A stretch of DNA of 64,000 nt from Gammaproteobacteria bacterium (GTDB lineage: Bacteria > Pseudomonadota > Gammaproteobacteria > Steroidobacterales > Steroidobacteraceae): contig JAGWPE010000260.1 of NCBI GenBank assembly GCA_028870635.1, forward strand, positions 2,612-66,611. Direction: 5' to 3'. Made by a program: the position numbers and the translations under genes. Below, one piece after another: positions 33,448-41,995 of this stretch. Numbering within the stretch: the first letter of the stretch is position 1; every line of letters begins with the position of its first letter. The notes beneath the pieces are model-generated. The model had not been told where the DNA came from, did not search any database, and saw only the letters and a list, made by a program, of their open reading frames with translations.

Positions 33448-33962
33448 TGCGACACCCGCGCGAGCGGCGGCGCATCGCCGATGGAGATGTCCGGAAAGAG
33501 CTCCGCCTGCACGGTCTGCAGTCCGTCGCTCGTCTCGAAGACACGCACGTGATCCATGACCTGCACCAGCGTGTCATAGGGGGTGTCGGGCTCCAGCAGG
33601 ATGCTGGCGGCCGTCAGGGCCGGGAAGCGGGCCTTGACCTGCTCCAGGTAGCGGGTGAGGCCGGCATAGTCGTAGCCCTGCGCGGTGTTGGGGAAGGTCG
33701 CGAGCGGTCCGGTGTTGCGGTCGGCGACCTCGAGCAGGCTCTTGCGCACCATCACCTCCAGCACGAGACCGGGCGGCGGCTCGCGGAACTGCGCCTGCGG
33801 CGCCGGCAGATGCAGCTGCAGGATGACCGTGTGGGAGAACACGGCCGTCATGAGAAGGAACGTGACCAACACCGTGAAGATGTCGATCATCGACACGAGC
33901 ATCAGCTCGCCGGGCTTGCGCTGGTGTCTCAGGAGCTTGCGCGCCTGATAGGAGCGGCGCAT
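33444..33962 (-). CDS. exbD: ExbD/TolR family biopolymer transport protein (second paralog)
   Basis: LMLVSMIDIFTVLVTFLLM motif and a periplasmic domain. Confidence 0.85.
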   Translation of the reverse strand: MRRSYQARKLLRHQRKPGELMLVSMIDIFTVLVTFLLMTAVFSHTVILQLHLPAPQAQFREPPPGLVLEVMVRKSLLEVADRNTGPLATFPNTAQGYDYAGLTRYLEQVKARFPALTAASILLEPDTPYDTLVQVMDHVRVFETSDGLQTVQAELFPDISIGDAPPLARVSQ

Positions 33963-34004
33963 CGGATTGTCCTCGTCGGTTGCGGCGGTGCGGACCGGCT
34001 CTGA

Positions 34005-34661
34005 TCAGGCCGCGGCCGCGGGCACCGGCGACTGTCTCTCGGTGATCGAGTTGAGGAACTTGACGGAGGCCATCTCCAGGCTGTCGATCAGCTCCGTGGT
34101 CTTGGTCTGCAGCACCGCGTGGATGAGCAGCAGAGGCACGGCCGTCATCAGGCCGAAAGCGGTGCAGTTCATCGCGACCGAGATGCTCGCCGAGAGCAGG
34201 TTCGCCTTCTGCGCCGGATCGATGGTCGCCACCGCGGCGAACGCACGGATGAGTCCCATCACCGTGCCGAGCAGGCCGAGGAGCGTCGCGAGGTTGGCGA
34301 AAGTGGCGATGTAATGCGTGCGTTTCTCGAGCCGCGGCACGATCTCCATCATGCTCTCCTCCATGGCCTTCTCGATGTCGTCGCGGCGGCGGGCGGACTG
34401 CACGCGCGCCAGGCCGTAGTCGAGAACGTGCCCGATGAGCGAATCGGACTTGGAAGTGAGCTGCACGACCTGGCGGAAGTTGCCCTGCGCGAGCAGCGGC
34501 ACGATCTCGTTCCAGACCCTGCGGTTACGGCTCGCCGTGCGGGTCAGGTAAATGTAGCGCTCGAGCGCGATGGACGCGCCCAGCACGAGCACGACGGCGA
34601 TCGGGTACATGAAGTCCCCGCCGCCCTGAAAGAATCTGACGATCAAGCTCCAGAGACCCAT
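34005..34661 (-). CDS. exbB: MotA/TolQ/ExbB proton-channel family protein
   Basis: 218 aa. FANLATLLGLLGTVMGLIRAF and ISVAMNCTAFGLMTAVPLL are conserved ExbB/TolQ TM2/TM3 motifs. Confidence 0.88.
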   Translation of the reverse strand: MGLWSLIVRFFQGGGDFMYPIAVVLVLGASIALERYIYLTRTASRNRRVWNEIVPLLAQGNFRQVVQLTSKSDSLIGHVLDYGLARVQSARRRDDIEKAMEESMMEIVPRLEKRTHYIATFANLATLLGLLGTVMGLIRAFAAVATIDPAQKANLLSASISVAMNCTAFGLMTAVPLLLIHAVLQTKTTELIDSLEMASVKFLNSITERQSPVPAAAA

Positions 34662-34789
34662 GATGACACTCCGCTTCGGACCCGCCCTGAGATTCGGCCG
34701 GCTGCCGGCCCTGACCCGCCCAAACTGACTGACGACCGTCCAAAAAGCTGCGATGCCGCTCCCAGTTTAGGTCTGGAAGCCGCGTTGCG

Positions 34790-35266
34790 TCAGCGGCTGT
34801 CGCCAGCTGGCGCCATCTTGCCGGGCACCGGCCGGTGCGCCCCGGCATCGAGCTGCCCGTAATAATGAATCTGGCGCTGGAACTCGCCGCGGTCGACCGG
34901 CTGCAGCATCTGATCCAGCAGGCTGTCGGTCGGCTTGACCACTGCGCCCGCGCCGAGGGAGTCCTTCCACGGAACGATGACCATCACTTTGGGCAGCTCT
35001 TTGTTGCCTGTGATGTCCGTCGCACCGAGGGCCAGCACGCCCCCGGGCTTGCCGCTCGCCGCCCCCCTGTGCTTGGGCGTTTTCGTGAGGCGCGGCGAGC
35101 GCGAGCGCCGCGGCGATGAATGCGGCGACGGCTGCGTGGCCTTGGCCGGCGACAGGGTTGCCGCAGGCGTTTGGGCGGGCGCAGGCTGAATCGCAGCCGT
35201 CTGCGATCGCGCGATGGGAATGGCGGCCCACGCGGCGACGATGAGCAAGGCTAATGAGCGGCGCAT
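34790..35266 (-). CDS. Secreted hypothetical protein
   Basis: ATG 35266 gives the signal peptide MRRSLALLIVAAWAAIPIARS. A Pro/Ser/basic linker precedes a short conserved-looking C-domain (LPKVMVIVPWKD...). Tightly packed behind the TPR lipoprotein gene with a 1-nt gap. Confidence 0.5.
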   Translation of the reverse strand: MRRSLALLIVAAWAAIPIARSQTAAIQPAPAQTPAATLSPAKATQPSPHSSPRRSRSPRLTKTPKHRGAASGKPGGVLALGATDITGNKELPKVMVIVPWKDSLGAGAVVKPTDSLLDQMLQPVDRGEFQRQIHYYGQLDAGAHRPVPGKMAPAGDSR

Positions 35267-35267
35267 G

Positions 35268-36059
35268 TCAGTTCCTCGCGTTGGGCGGATGCGCCGGTGC
35301 CCTGGTGACCGGTGCGGGCGGCTGGGCGCGCACACCGGTGGCGCTCGCCGCGGTGGGCTGCCCGCCGGGCGGCACCTTTATCCCCGTTCTGTGCTGCAAC
35401 TCCGCGATCCACATCAGTACCTGCTTGTCCCCGCCGGCGAGCTTCCGATACTGCTCGAAATCGCCGAGCGCGGCCGCCGGCTGATCGAGATAGAGGTCGC
35501 GCAGGACGCCGCGGTTCCGGTACGCGGGAGCATAAGCGGCGTCTGCCGCGATCGCCCGGCCGTAGGACTGCTCCGCATCCTGAAACTTGCCGCCGAGACG
35601 CTGCGTGACTCCGAGCTCGGTCCACGCGAGCGCGCTCCGGGGCTCGCGCGCGACCGCCTGCTGAAGAGCTTGCGCCGCCGCATCGAGATCGCCGTCCTTG
35701 CGATGGAGGATGCCGAGGTCCACGAGCGGCGTACAGAACTGCGGGTAGCGGTGTGCGAGGGTCGCGAGCTGCGATTCGGCCGCAGGGTCGTTCCCGGCGC
35801 CGGCGAGCGCCAGCGCCGCGTCGAATTCCTGCCTCGCTTCGGCCGGTACCGGCGGCGGACCGGCGACGGCCTGAGAACCCCCGCCGGCCCCGGGCCGAGC
35901 CGCATTGCCCGCGGTTGCGAGCTTCGCAGCGCCCGCCGAATGCACGACCACCCATCTGTCTCCGTGCCCGGCATCGCGCCGCGGAGCGACCGAGCACGCC
36001 GACAGCATGGCGAGCAGCGACACGCCGGCGAAGATCTCAATTGAGCGTCTTGACCACAT
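35268..36059 (-). CDS. TPR-repeat lipoprotein
   Basis: Lipobox LLAMLSAC. TPR-like helices (AESQLATLAHRYPQF..., DLDAAAQALQQAVAREPRSALAWTELG..., FQDAEQSYGRAIAADAAYAPAYRNRG...). Confidence 0.75.
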   Translation of the reverse strand: MWSRRSIEIFAGVSLLAMLSACSVAPRRDAGHGDRWVVVHSAGAAKLATAGNAARPGAGGGSQAVAGPPPVPAEARQEFDAALALAGAGNDPAAESQLATLAHRYPQFCTPLVDLGILHRKDGDLDAAAQALQQAVAREPRSALAWTELGVTQRLGGKFQDAEQSYGRAIAADAAYAPAYRNRGVLRDLYLDQPAAALGDFEQYRKLAGGDKQVLMWIAELQHRTGIKVPPGGQPTAASATGVRAQPPAPVTRAPAHPPNARN

Positions 36060-38859
36060 CTGACATCAGCTCTGTCTTGCCGTAGCGCGCCGGATCCAGC
36101 TGGGCCAGCGCAGCGAAGCTCTTGCGCACCCACTCGTCGTACACCCCCTGGCTCGCGCGCGCCGCGTTCAGCCCGTACATCTTGATGGCCTGCTCCTCGA
36201 AGGGGAATACCTGATCCTCGAGCAGGGAGTTGTATTCGTCGAGCTCCTGGCCGGTCACGTTGCGCGGCCGCTCGGAGGCGAGCACATCCTGCGCCAGCCG
36301 CTGGTAGAGGTCGGCCATCTCGTAAGTCGCTGCCGTGGTGACCTCGGCCACGCCGTACGAGGCGGCCAGCCGGTAGGCCGCCATCGCACGCTCGAGCGCC
36401 CTGCGCTTGGCCTTCAGAGTCCGCGCCAGCGGCAACGTCAGGCGAATGGCCCGAAAGTCCTCGCGCGGCTCGGCGGCCAGCGCAAGCTGCGCCTTCGCGG
36501 CGAGAAAGTGCGTCCGCGGCGTGCGCTGCGCGCCGGCTTCGGCGTCGGCCTGCACGATCTCCCGATACCAGTGGTCGCGGGCGCTCGCGTCACCACCGGC
36601 GGCGGCGTAGTCCGCCAGCCGTTGCCTCGCCTCCTCCGCATCCGCGAGGGGAGCGGGATATTGCGCCACGAGCTTCTCGAGCACCGTCATCGCGTGGGGA
36701 ATGTCGTGAGCCTGGGCATAGAGATCCGCCGAGCGGCGCAGCGCCTCCTTCCTCACGGCAGGTGTCTGCGCAGGCTCGGCGGCGATGGTCTCGAACTGCT
36801 GCGCCGCCTGCATCGGCTGGTTGGCGCCGGCATACGCCACGGCAAGCTTCGCATCCACATCGCTCGTGAGCGCGTGGTGCGGGAAGCGCGCGCGAAAGTC
36901 CTGCAGCACCTGGATGGCGCGGCCCCACTCCTGCAACCGGATGAGCTCCGCGGAAGCATCATAGAGCGCGGTGGCGCAGATGCTCGAGCCTGGAGCCACC
37001 TGCTCGACGCGCAGGAAGTCTCCCACGGCTCCGTCGCCATCGCCCGCCTGCCGCTTCGCGGCTCCCTGCCGATACACGGAGGCGGCTATACGCTCGGTCA
37101 GGTCGGCAGTCATCTTGGAGTCGGAGGCGGCGAGCTCGCGTGCCTGGATGAAAGCGGGCTCCGCCTCGGCGAACTTGCCCTGGTTGTAATTTGCCTCACC
37201 GACGATGGTCCAGGCGATGCGCCGTTTCGCCGCGTCCGCGGGCGGATTGCGCGCCAGCAGTATTCCGGCGATCTTCACGGCCTTTGGCAGGTCGCCCGCC
37301 GCAAACACCGCCTCATCGGCGCGCGTCAACACGCCGGCGCTGTCAGGATGGTCCGGAAATGCCTGTGCGAATCTGACGCCCGAATCGATCGCTCTTCGCT
37401 TCAGGTCGGCCAGCGCGCTGCCGCTCATGCCCGCCTCGGCCTTCTGGTACGCCGTCAACGCGGCATAGCCAGCGCTCTCCGACTGCGCATTCCGCGGGTA
37501 GTCGTAAGCGGTATGCTCGTACTCCGCCGCCGCGTCCGCATACTGCTGTGCAGCGAACAATGCGTCGGCAAGCCGGTGATTCAACTCCGCCGCATCGGTC
37601 GCGGCGGGGAACGAGTCGAGGTATTGCCTGTACCATCGCGCGGCGGCCGCGTAGTCACGCACATCGTGGGTCCGCTGAGCCATCGCGTGATCGTAGGTCG
37701 CCACATCCCTCAGATCGCTCTCGAGCTCCGCGGCGACTTCCGGGTGAGCGGCCCGTGTGCGCGTATTCCAATAAGCGGAGCTGAATCCGTAGTGCTCGAC
37801 GTAGTCCTGCTTGGCCTGGAAGACGAGCTGGCTGAAGCCTCCCTTGGAATAGGCGCGAATGGCGCGGGCCGCGAGATCCGGTGCGGCATCCGATTGCGGG
37901 TTGCTGTCGACGTAAGCGAGGTAAGTTGCGGCGGCGTCCTGGTAACGCTGCTTCGCCACGTAAAGATCGCCGAGCCGCGAATAGAGCAGCGAATCGTAGG
38001 GCCGGGCGCCATACCGGCCGACGAACCGGTCGATCGACTGTGCCCCGGAGTCCTGCGAGAAGGTGATGCTCATGACGCGCAGCGTGTCTTCCACCAGCTC
38101 ACGATCCGCGCGCCGCAAGTCGGTCAGCGGCCGTACCCGTCCCTCGGGCCCCAACAGCTCGCAATCCAGGAGCTTTGCGAACTGGGGCAGGCTCTGCTCC
38201 TGCAGCGATGCCTTGTAGAGCGACCAGCCGCTCTTGTACAGGCTCTGCACATAGAACGGCGATGCGGCGCCGCGGGCGATCACCGCCGCGTACGCCTGCT
38301 CCGCCTCGGAGTAGCGGCGGGCCGAGAAGAGCAGCTCGCCGCGCCGGAACTGCACTTCATCCATGTCCTTGGCGCCCGGATAGCGCTGCACGATGAGGTC
38401 GAGAGTGTGCAGCGCCCGGTCCGGCTGGCCGGTGGTGTCATACGCTCGCGCGAGCTGATAGAGCACCTCGTCGTTATGCTCATAATCGGGGTAGAGCTCG
38501 AGCAGCGTGCCGTAGAGCTTGATGGCCTCGGCCCCGTGCAGATCGATCGAGGAGAGCTCGCTTTGCATCCGCTGCAGGTCCCCAGCGTCGAGGTTGAGGT
38601 CTCCCAGCCGGCGCAGCGCCTCCGCCCGCAGCTTGGGGTCCTTCGCCTGCAGCGCCAGGAATTTCCGATATCCCTCCATCGCGGTCGAGTCGCTGGCGCT
38701 GACCGCACCGCCCGGCACCACCTCCATGGGGTGCGACTCGAGATCGCGGATCGTCGGCGCGCTCGCGGGATCATCGCCCCGGGACTCGGCAATGGGACAC
38801 AACGCCAGGCAGGCGGCCACCACCCCCAACAGCACGAGCACCAGGCGGGCAGCTCTCAC
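36037..38859 (-). CDS. Large periplasmic TPR-repeat protein (940 aa)
   Basis: Signal peptide MRAARLVLVLLGVVAACLALCPIAES. More than 15 TPR/YbgF-like helical repeats run throughout. 4-nt overlap with the upstream gene. Confidence 0.8.
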   Translation of the reverse strand: MRAARLVLVLLGVVAACLALCPIAESRGDDPASAPTIRDLESHPMEVVPGGAVSASDSTAMEGYRKFLALQAKDPKLRAEALRRLGDLNLDAGDLQRMQSELSSIDLHGAEAIKLYGTLLELYPDYEHNDEVLYQLARAYDTTGQPDRALHTLDLIVQRYPGAKDMDEVQFRRGELLFSARRYSEAEQAYAAVIARGAASPFYVQSLYKSGWSLYKASLQEQSLPQFAKLLDCELLGPEGRVRPLTDLRRADRELVEDTLRVMSITFSQDSGAQSIDRFVGRYGARPYDSLLYSRLGDLYVAKQRYQDAAATYLAYVDSNPQSDAAPDLAARAIRAYSKGGFSQLVFQAKQDYVEHYGFSSAYWNTRTRAAHPEVAAELESDLRDVATYDHAMAQRTHDVRDYAAAARWYRQYLDSFPAATDAAELNHRLADALFAAQQYADAAAEYEHTAYDYPRNAQSESAGYAALTAYQKAEAGMSGSALADLKRRAIDSGVRFAQAFPDHPDSAGVLTRADEAVFAAGDLPKAVKIAGILLARNPPADAAKRRIAWTIVGEANYNQGKFAEAEPAFIQARELAASDSKMTADLTERIAASVYRQGAAKRQAGDGDGAVGDFLRVEQVAPGSSICATALYDASAELIRLQEWGRAIQVLQDFRARFPHHALTSDVDAKLAVAYAGANQPMQAAQQFETIAAEPAQTPAVRKEALRRSADLYAQAHDIPHAMTVLEKLVAQYPAPLADAEEARQRLADYAAAGGDASARDHWYREIVQADAEAGAQRTPRTHFLAAKAQLALAAEPREDFRAIRLTLPLARTLKAKRRALERAMAAYRLAASYGVAEVTTAATYEMADLYQRLAQDVLASERPRNVTGQELDEYNSLLEDQVFPFEEQAIKMYGLNAARASQGVYDEWVRKSFAALAQLDPARYGKTELMSDVVKTLN

Positions 38860-40814
38860 GGCTGCGGCGCTCCCGCCTTGCTCTCGCCGCCGGAATGAGC
38901 GGCCTGGTCATAGAGCGTGGCGAGCGCGAACTGCGCCTGGACCCGGTAGCCCTGCAGGCGTTTCTTCTGCCGCTCGAGGTCCTGCACGGCCAGGTCGGCG
39001 AGCGCACGGCTCTGTGTCTGCTCCGCCGCCGCGAGCCGGATCTGAAGAGCCCCGACACGCTGCTGCAAGGCACTCACCCGTCCCGCGAAACCGCCGGTCT
39101 GCGCCTGCAGGAGCTGCCGTCCGCCCTGCAGGCTTGCCCAACCCTGTTGCGCCCGCACCAACTCGAAATCGAGGCTGCGCAACTCCTTGTGCACGCTCCA
39201 CAGGCGCGCCGCGAATTGCTGGTCCATCTGATAGAGCAGGACCCCCCTGACCAGAGCCAGGCGCTCTCTCAGCTTCGCGTATGCAGGGGTGTCTGGATCG
39301 CGGGCGAGCATCGCCTGCGCCCGCAGCACGCGTCCCCACTGCGCCGCCTGGGCCGGCGTCGCGAGCGCCGCCACATCCCGGGTGCGCTGCACCTGCGCCA
39401 GCCGGTCCGCGAGCGCGGCGCGGCGCTGCTGCAAGGTGTTGAGCTCGCCGGAGGTCAGCAGCGCATCCACCTTTGGAGCACGCTCCGCGTAGGCGCGGCG
39501 GCGGGCCACAATCATCTCCTGGAACGCGTCCATGCTGGTCGACCATTGTCCGAGCATCCGCTCCATGAGCTTCAGGTCGCGATAGTTTCTAAGTCCCTGC
39601 TGGAAGTCCGAGCCTGCGAACACGGTGTACAGGTAATGGGATTCCGGATCGTCGGGGACGTTGCCGAGCTGCCAGAACCAGCCGTAACTCAGCCGATCCG
39701 GCAGCGCGTCATCATCGAGCGGGTCGTTGCCGATGTAACCGGAGGCAGCGGAATCGCTCTCGTGGGCCAGCAGCTGCGCGAGCAGACTTCCGCCGCGAAT
39801 GCGGGCAATGGCCGCGTCGATCTGTGCCGACTCATCGTCGTAGGCGCGCAGCGCGGTCCGGTAATATTGTGCCGCCTGCCCCGGCGCTTTCAGCTGGACG
39901 AAGGCATATGGCACCGTAAGGTCGGCCTCCTCCACCGCGGGATCGAACGCGCCGCGGGCCTGCAGCGCCAGCCAGGGAGTGAGCGCGGCGCGGTAGTTGC
40001 CGTCCGCCGCCTCGGCCCAGCCGGCGGCGAGCAGCGCTTCGCTCGAGAAAGGCCCATCCAGCCGCACGCGATCGAGCGCCACCCTCGCCTGGGCAGGCTC
40101 TTTCGCCTGCAGGTAGGCGAGACCCAGCGCCAGGTTGGCGCGGTCCTTGAGGGCCAGCATCTCGGGCGCGAGTGCGTACATCGTGCCCACGGAGGTGAGA
40201 ACGGGCGCCGCCTCCGCCAGCCTGCCCCCGCGCACCAGCGCGATCCCGAGGTTGAGTCGGGCGTATGCCGTCCATCCCTGCTGGGAGCCGCGCCAGCGCT
40301 CGAGCAACTCGGCGGCCTGGTCGAATCGGCCCTCATGCATCCACACGTTCGCAAGCAGCAGCTCCTTCTGCGACTCGAGCTGCGGCGACATCCGCATGCT
40401 GATGCGGGTCAGATCCCGTTCCGCCTCGGCATACTGTCCGCGGGCGTAGAGCGCCTGGGCAAGGTAGAGCCACGCGCGATCGCGCACGCCCGTGGGCACA
40501 TCGCTCGTCAGCAGCCGCTCGAACGACCGGTTCGCCCGGTCGTACATCCCGAGTGAGAGATAGAGTCCCCCGAGCAGCAGGTGCGCGTCGGCCTGATGAT
40601 GGGGCAGCCCCTGCCAATGCTCGTAGGCGAGGAGCCGCGTGGCCGCCTCGAAGTCCTTGCCCTGATAGTAATAAAAGAGCACATCGCCATAGGGCAGGTC
40701 CTGGATACGCACTTCGGGAAGCGCCTCCGGATCGCGCAGGCGTGCCGCGGCCGGCGCTGCTGCGGCGAGCAGCGTCACCGCGGCGAGGGCGCACAGGCAC
40801 GCCGAGCGGACCAA
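38856..40814 (-). CDS. Periplasmic TPR-like plus long coiled-coil protein (652 aa)
   Basis: Signal MVRSACLCALAAVTLLAAAAPAAA. The N-half has TPR-like repeats. The C-half is Q/A/R/L-rich heptad-like coiled coil. Confidence 0.7.
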   Translation of the reverse strand: MVRSACLCALAAVTLLAAAAPAAARLRDPEALPEVRIQDLPYGDVLFYYYQGKDFEAATRLLAYEHWQGLPHHQADAHLLLGGLYLSLGMYDRANRSFERLLTSDVPTGVRDRAWLYLAQALYARGQYAEAERDLTRISMRMSPQLESQKELLLANVWMHEGRFDQAAELLERWRGSQQGWTAYARLNLGIALVRGGRLAEAAPVLTSVGTMYALAPEMLALKDRANLALGLAYLQAKEPAQARVALDRVRLDGPFSSEALLAAGWAEAADGNYRAALTPWLALQARGAFDPAVEEADLTVPYAFVQLKAPGQAAQYYRTALRAYDDESAQIDAAIARIRGGSLLAQLLAHESDSAASGYIGNDPLDDDALPDRLSYGWFWQLGNVPDDPESHYLYTVFAGSDFQQGLRNYRDLKLMERMLGQWSTSMDAFQEMIVARRRAYAERAPKVDALLTSGELNTLQQRRAALADRLAQVQRTRDVAALATPAQAAQWGRVLRAQAMLARDPDTPAYAKLRERLALVRGVLLYQMDQQFAARLWSVHKELRSLDFELVRAQQGWASLQGGRQLLQAQTGGFAGRVSALQQRVGALQIRLAAAEQTQSRALADLAVQDLERQKKRLQGYRVQAQFALATLYDQAAHSGGESKAGAPQP

Positions 40815-40817
40815 GCC

Positions 40818-41453
40818 TTACTCCCAGTCCTGGATTCGGAACTGAGGCTGGAGCTTCTTCTGATCGTCGGTGATCGTGAGCTCGAGGTACTTCGCGCCGA
40901 TGTCCTTCTGGAAGTCCAGGGCGGCGCCACGGGTGTAGTCGAGGTTGTGCGGTCCCTTGCCGGTGAGAAAGGCCACGAGCTGGTGCTTGCCGACTTTGAG
41001 GTTGCCGACGTAGAGCCGCTGCACGCCGCCCTGGACCAGTGCATGAACCTCTCTGGGGGTGTAGAGATAGTCGGCGACCTCCTTGCCGTCTATCTTGAGC
41101 TGTACCGAGTCGAGGGCGAAGAAGGTGCCCGCATCCATGGAGACGAACACGGCCACCTGGGTGTTGGCCGGGTACAGCAGCTCCTGCTCGAGCACGAAGA
41201 GATCGCGATTCAGATCGAGCACGTCGCTTTTCAGCGACTGCACCTGCTCATCCACGGAGCCCCCCTGCCCGGCGGCCGGTTGGGACGCAGCCGCAGTGGC
41301 TGGGGCGGAGGACGCGGAAGGGGTCGGGGCTGCGTTCTGAGCGAAGGTGGCGGGAGCCGCCGCCAGGGCTGCAAGCCCGGCGAGGAGCACGAGCCTGGTG
41401 GTCAGACACATGCCGGCCGGCCGGCGTGCGAGAGGCGACGGAACTTCGGGCAT
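40818..41453 (-). CDS. Secreted hypothetical protein (short coiled coil plus beta-rich domain)
   Basis: Signal ...LVLLAGLAALAAAPATFA, a low-complexity linker, SLKSDVLDLNRDLFVLEQELL, then a beta-rich C-domain. 3-nt gap to the next gene. Confidence 0.6.
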   Translation of the reverse strand: MPEVPSPLARRPAGMCLTTRLVLLAGLAALAAAPATFAQNAAPTPSASSAPATAAASQPAAGQGGSVDEQVQSLKSDVLDLNRDLFVLEQELLYPANTQVAVFVSMDAGTFFALDSVQLKIDGKEVADYLYTPREVHALVQGGVQRLYVGNLKVGKHQLVAFLTGKGPHNLDYTRGAALDFQKDIGAKYLELTITDDQKKLQPQFRIQDWE

Positions 41454-41466
41454 GGTTGCGGTCCGT

Positions 41467-41994
41467 TCATTCGGCTAGGAGCGTGCGCAGCTCATCCTCC
41501 CAAACTTGGCGGCTCTTTTCATTGAAGTCGCGCACTACCTGACGAATTTTTCCGTCGCGATCGATCAACACCGTCATCGGCAGGTTGTCGATGTCATATA
41601 CCCGGGCGACGGTCTTGGCCGGATCGAGCAGCAGTGGAAATGTGACATGCATCCCGCGGGCAAAGCGCTGCGCCTCCTGCTGGTCGTCCGCGACCTCCAC
41701 GCCGTAGACCCGCAGGCCTTGGCCGCGGTAACGGCTGAAATCCCGCTGCAGGGCATCGAGCTGCCCGCGGCAGGAATCACAGCCGACGCCCCAGAACGAG
41801 ATCACGACGACCTGGCCGACGTGCTCCGACAGGCGCACGTTGGGTCCGGCGAAGGCCCGCAGGGTGAAATCCGGCGCCGCAGCACCGGCAGAAGCGTGGA
41901 ATCGGGCGGCAAGCGCCGGCAAGGTCCAGGCAAAGGCCAGCGCGGTGACCAGTGCGCGGGAGGGATGCCGCCCCTGTTCTCGCTGTACCGGCAT
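41467..41994 (-). CDS. TlpA/ResA-like periplasmic thiol:disulfide oxidoreductase (paralog 1)
   Basis: Redoxin fold APDFTLRAF...VVVISFWGVGCDSCRGQL, with CxxC = CDSC. Signal peptide present. Confidence 0.8.
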   Translation of the reverse strand: MPVQREQGRHPSRALVTALAFAWTLPALAARFHASAGAAAPDFTLRAFAGPNVRLSEHVGQVVVISFWGVGCDSCRGQLDALQRDFSRYRGQGLRVYGVEVADDQQEAQRFARGMHVTFPLLLDPAKTVARVYDIDNLPMTVLIDRDGKIRQVVRDFNEKSRQVWEDELRTLLAE

Positions 41995-41995
41995 C

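Noticed and set aside
36508-40556. 796-aa and 553-aa plus-strand ORFs (36508-38898 and 38895-40556)
   Set aside because: They are antisense to the two large TPR genes. The composition is low-complexity Arg/Gly/His-rich, with no signal peptide, motif or sensible start context.
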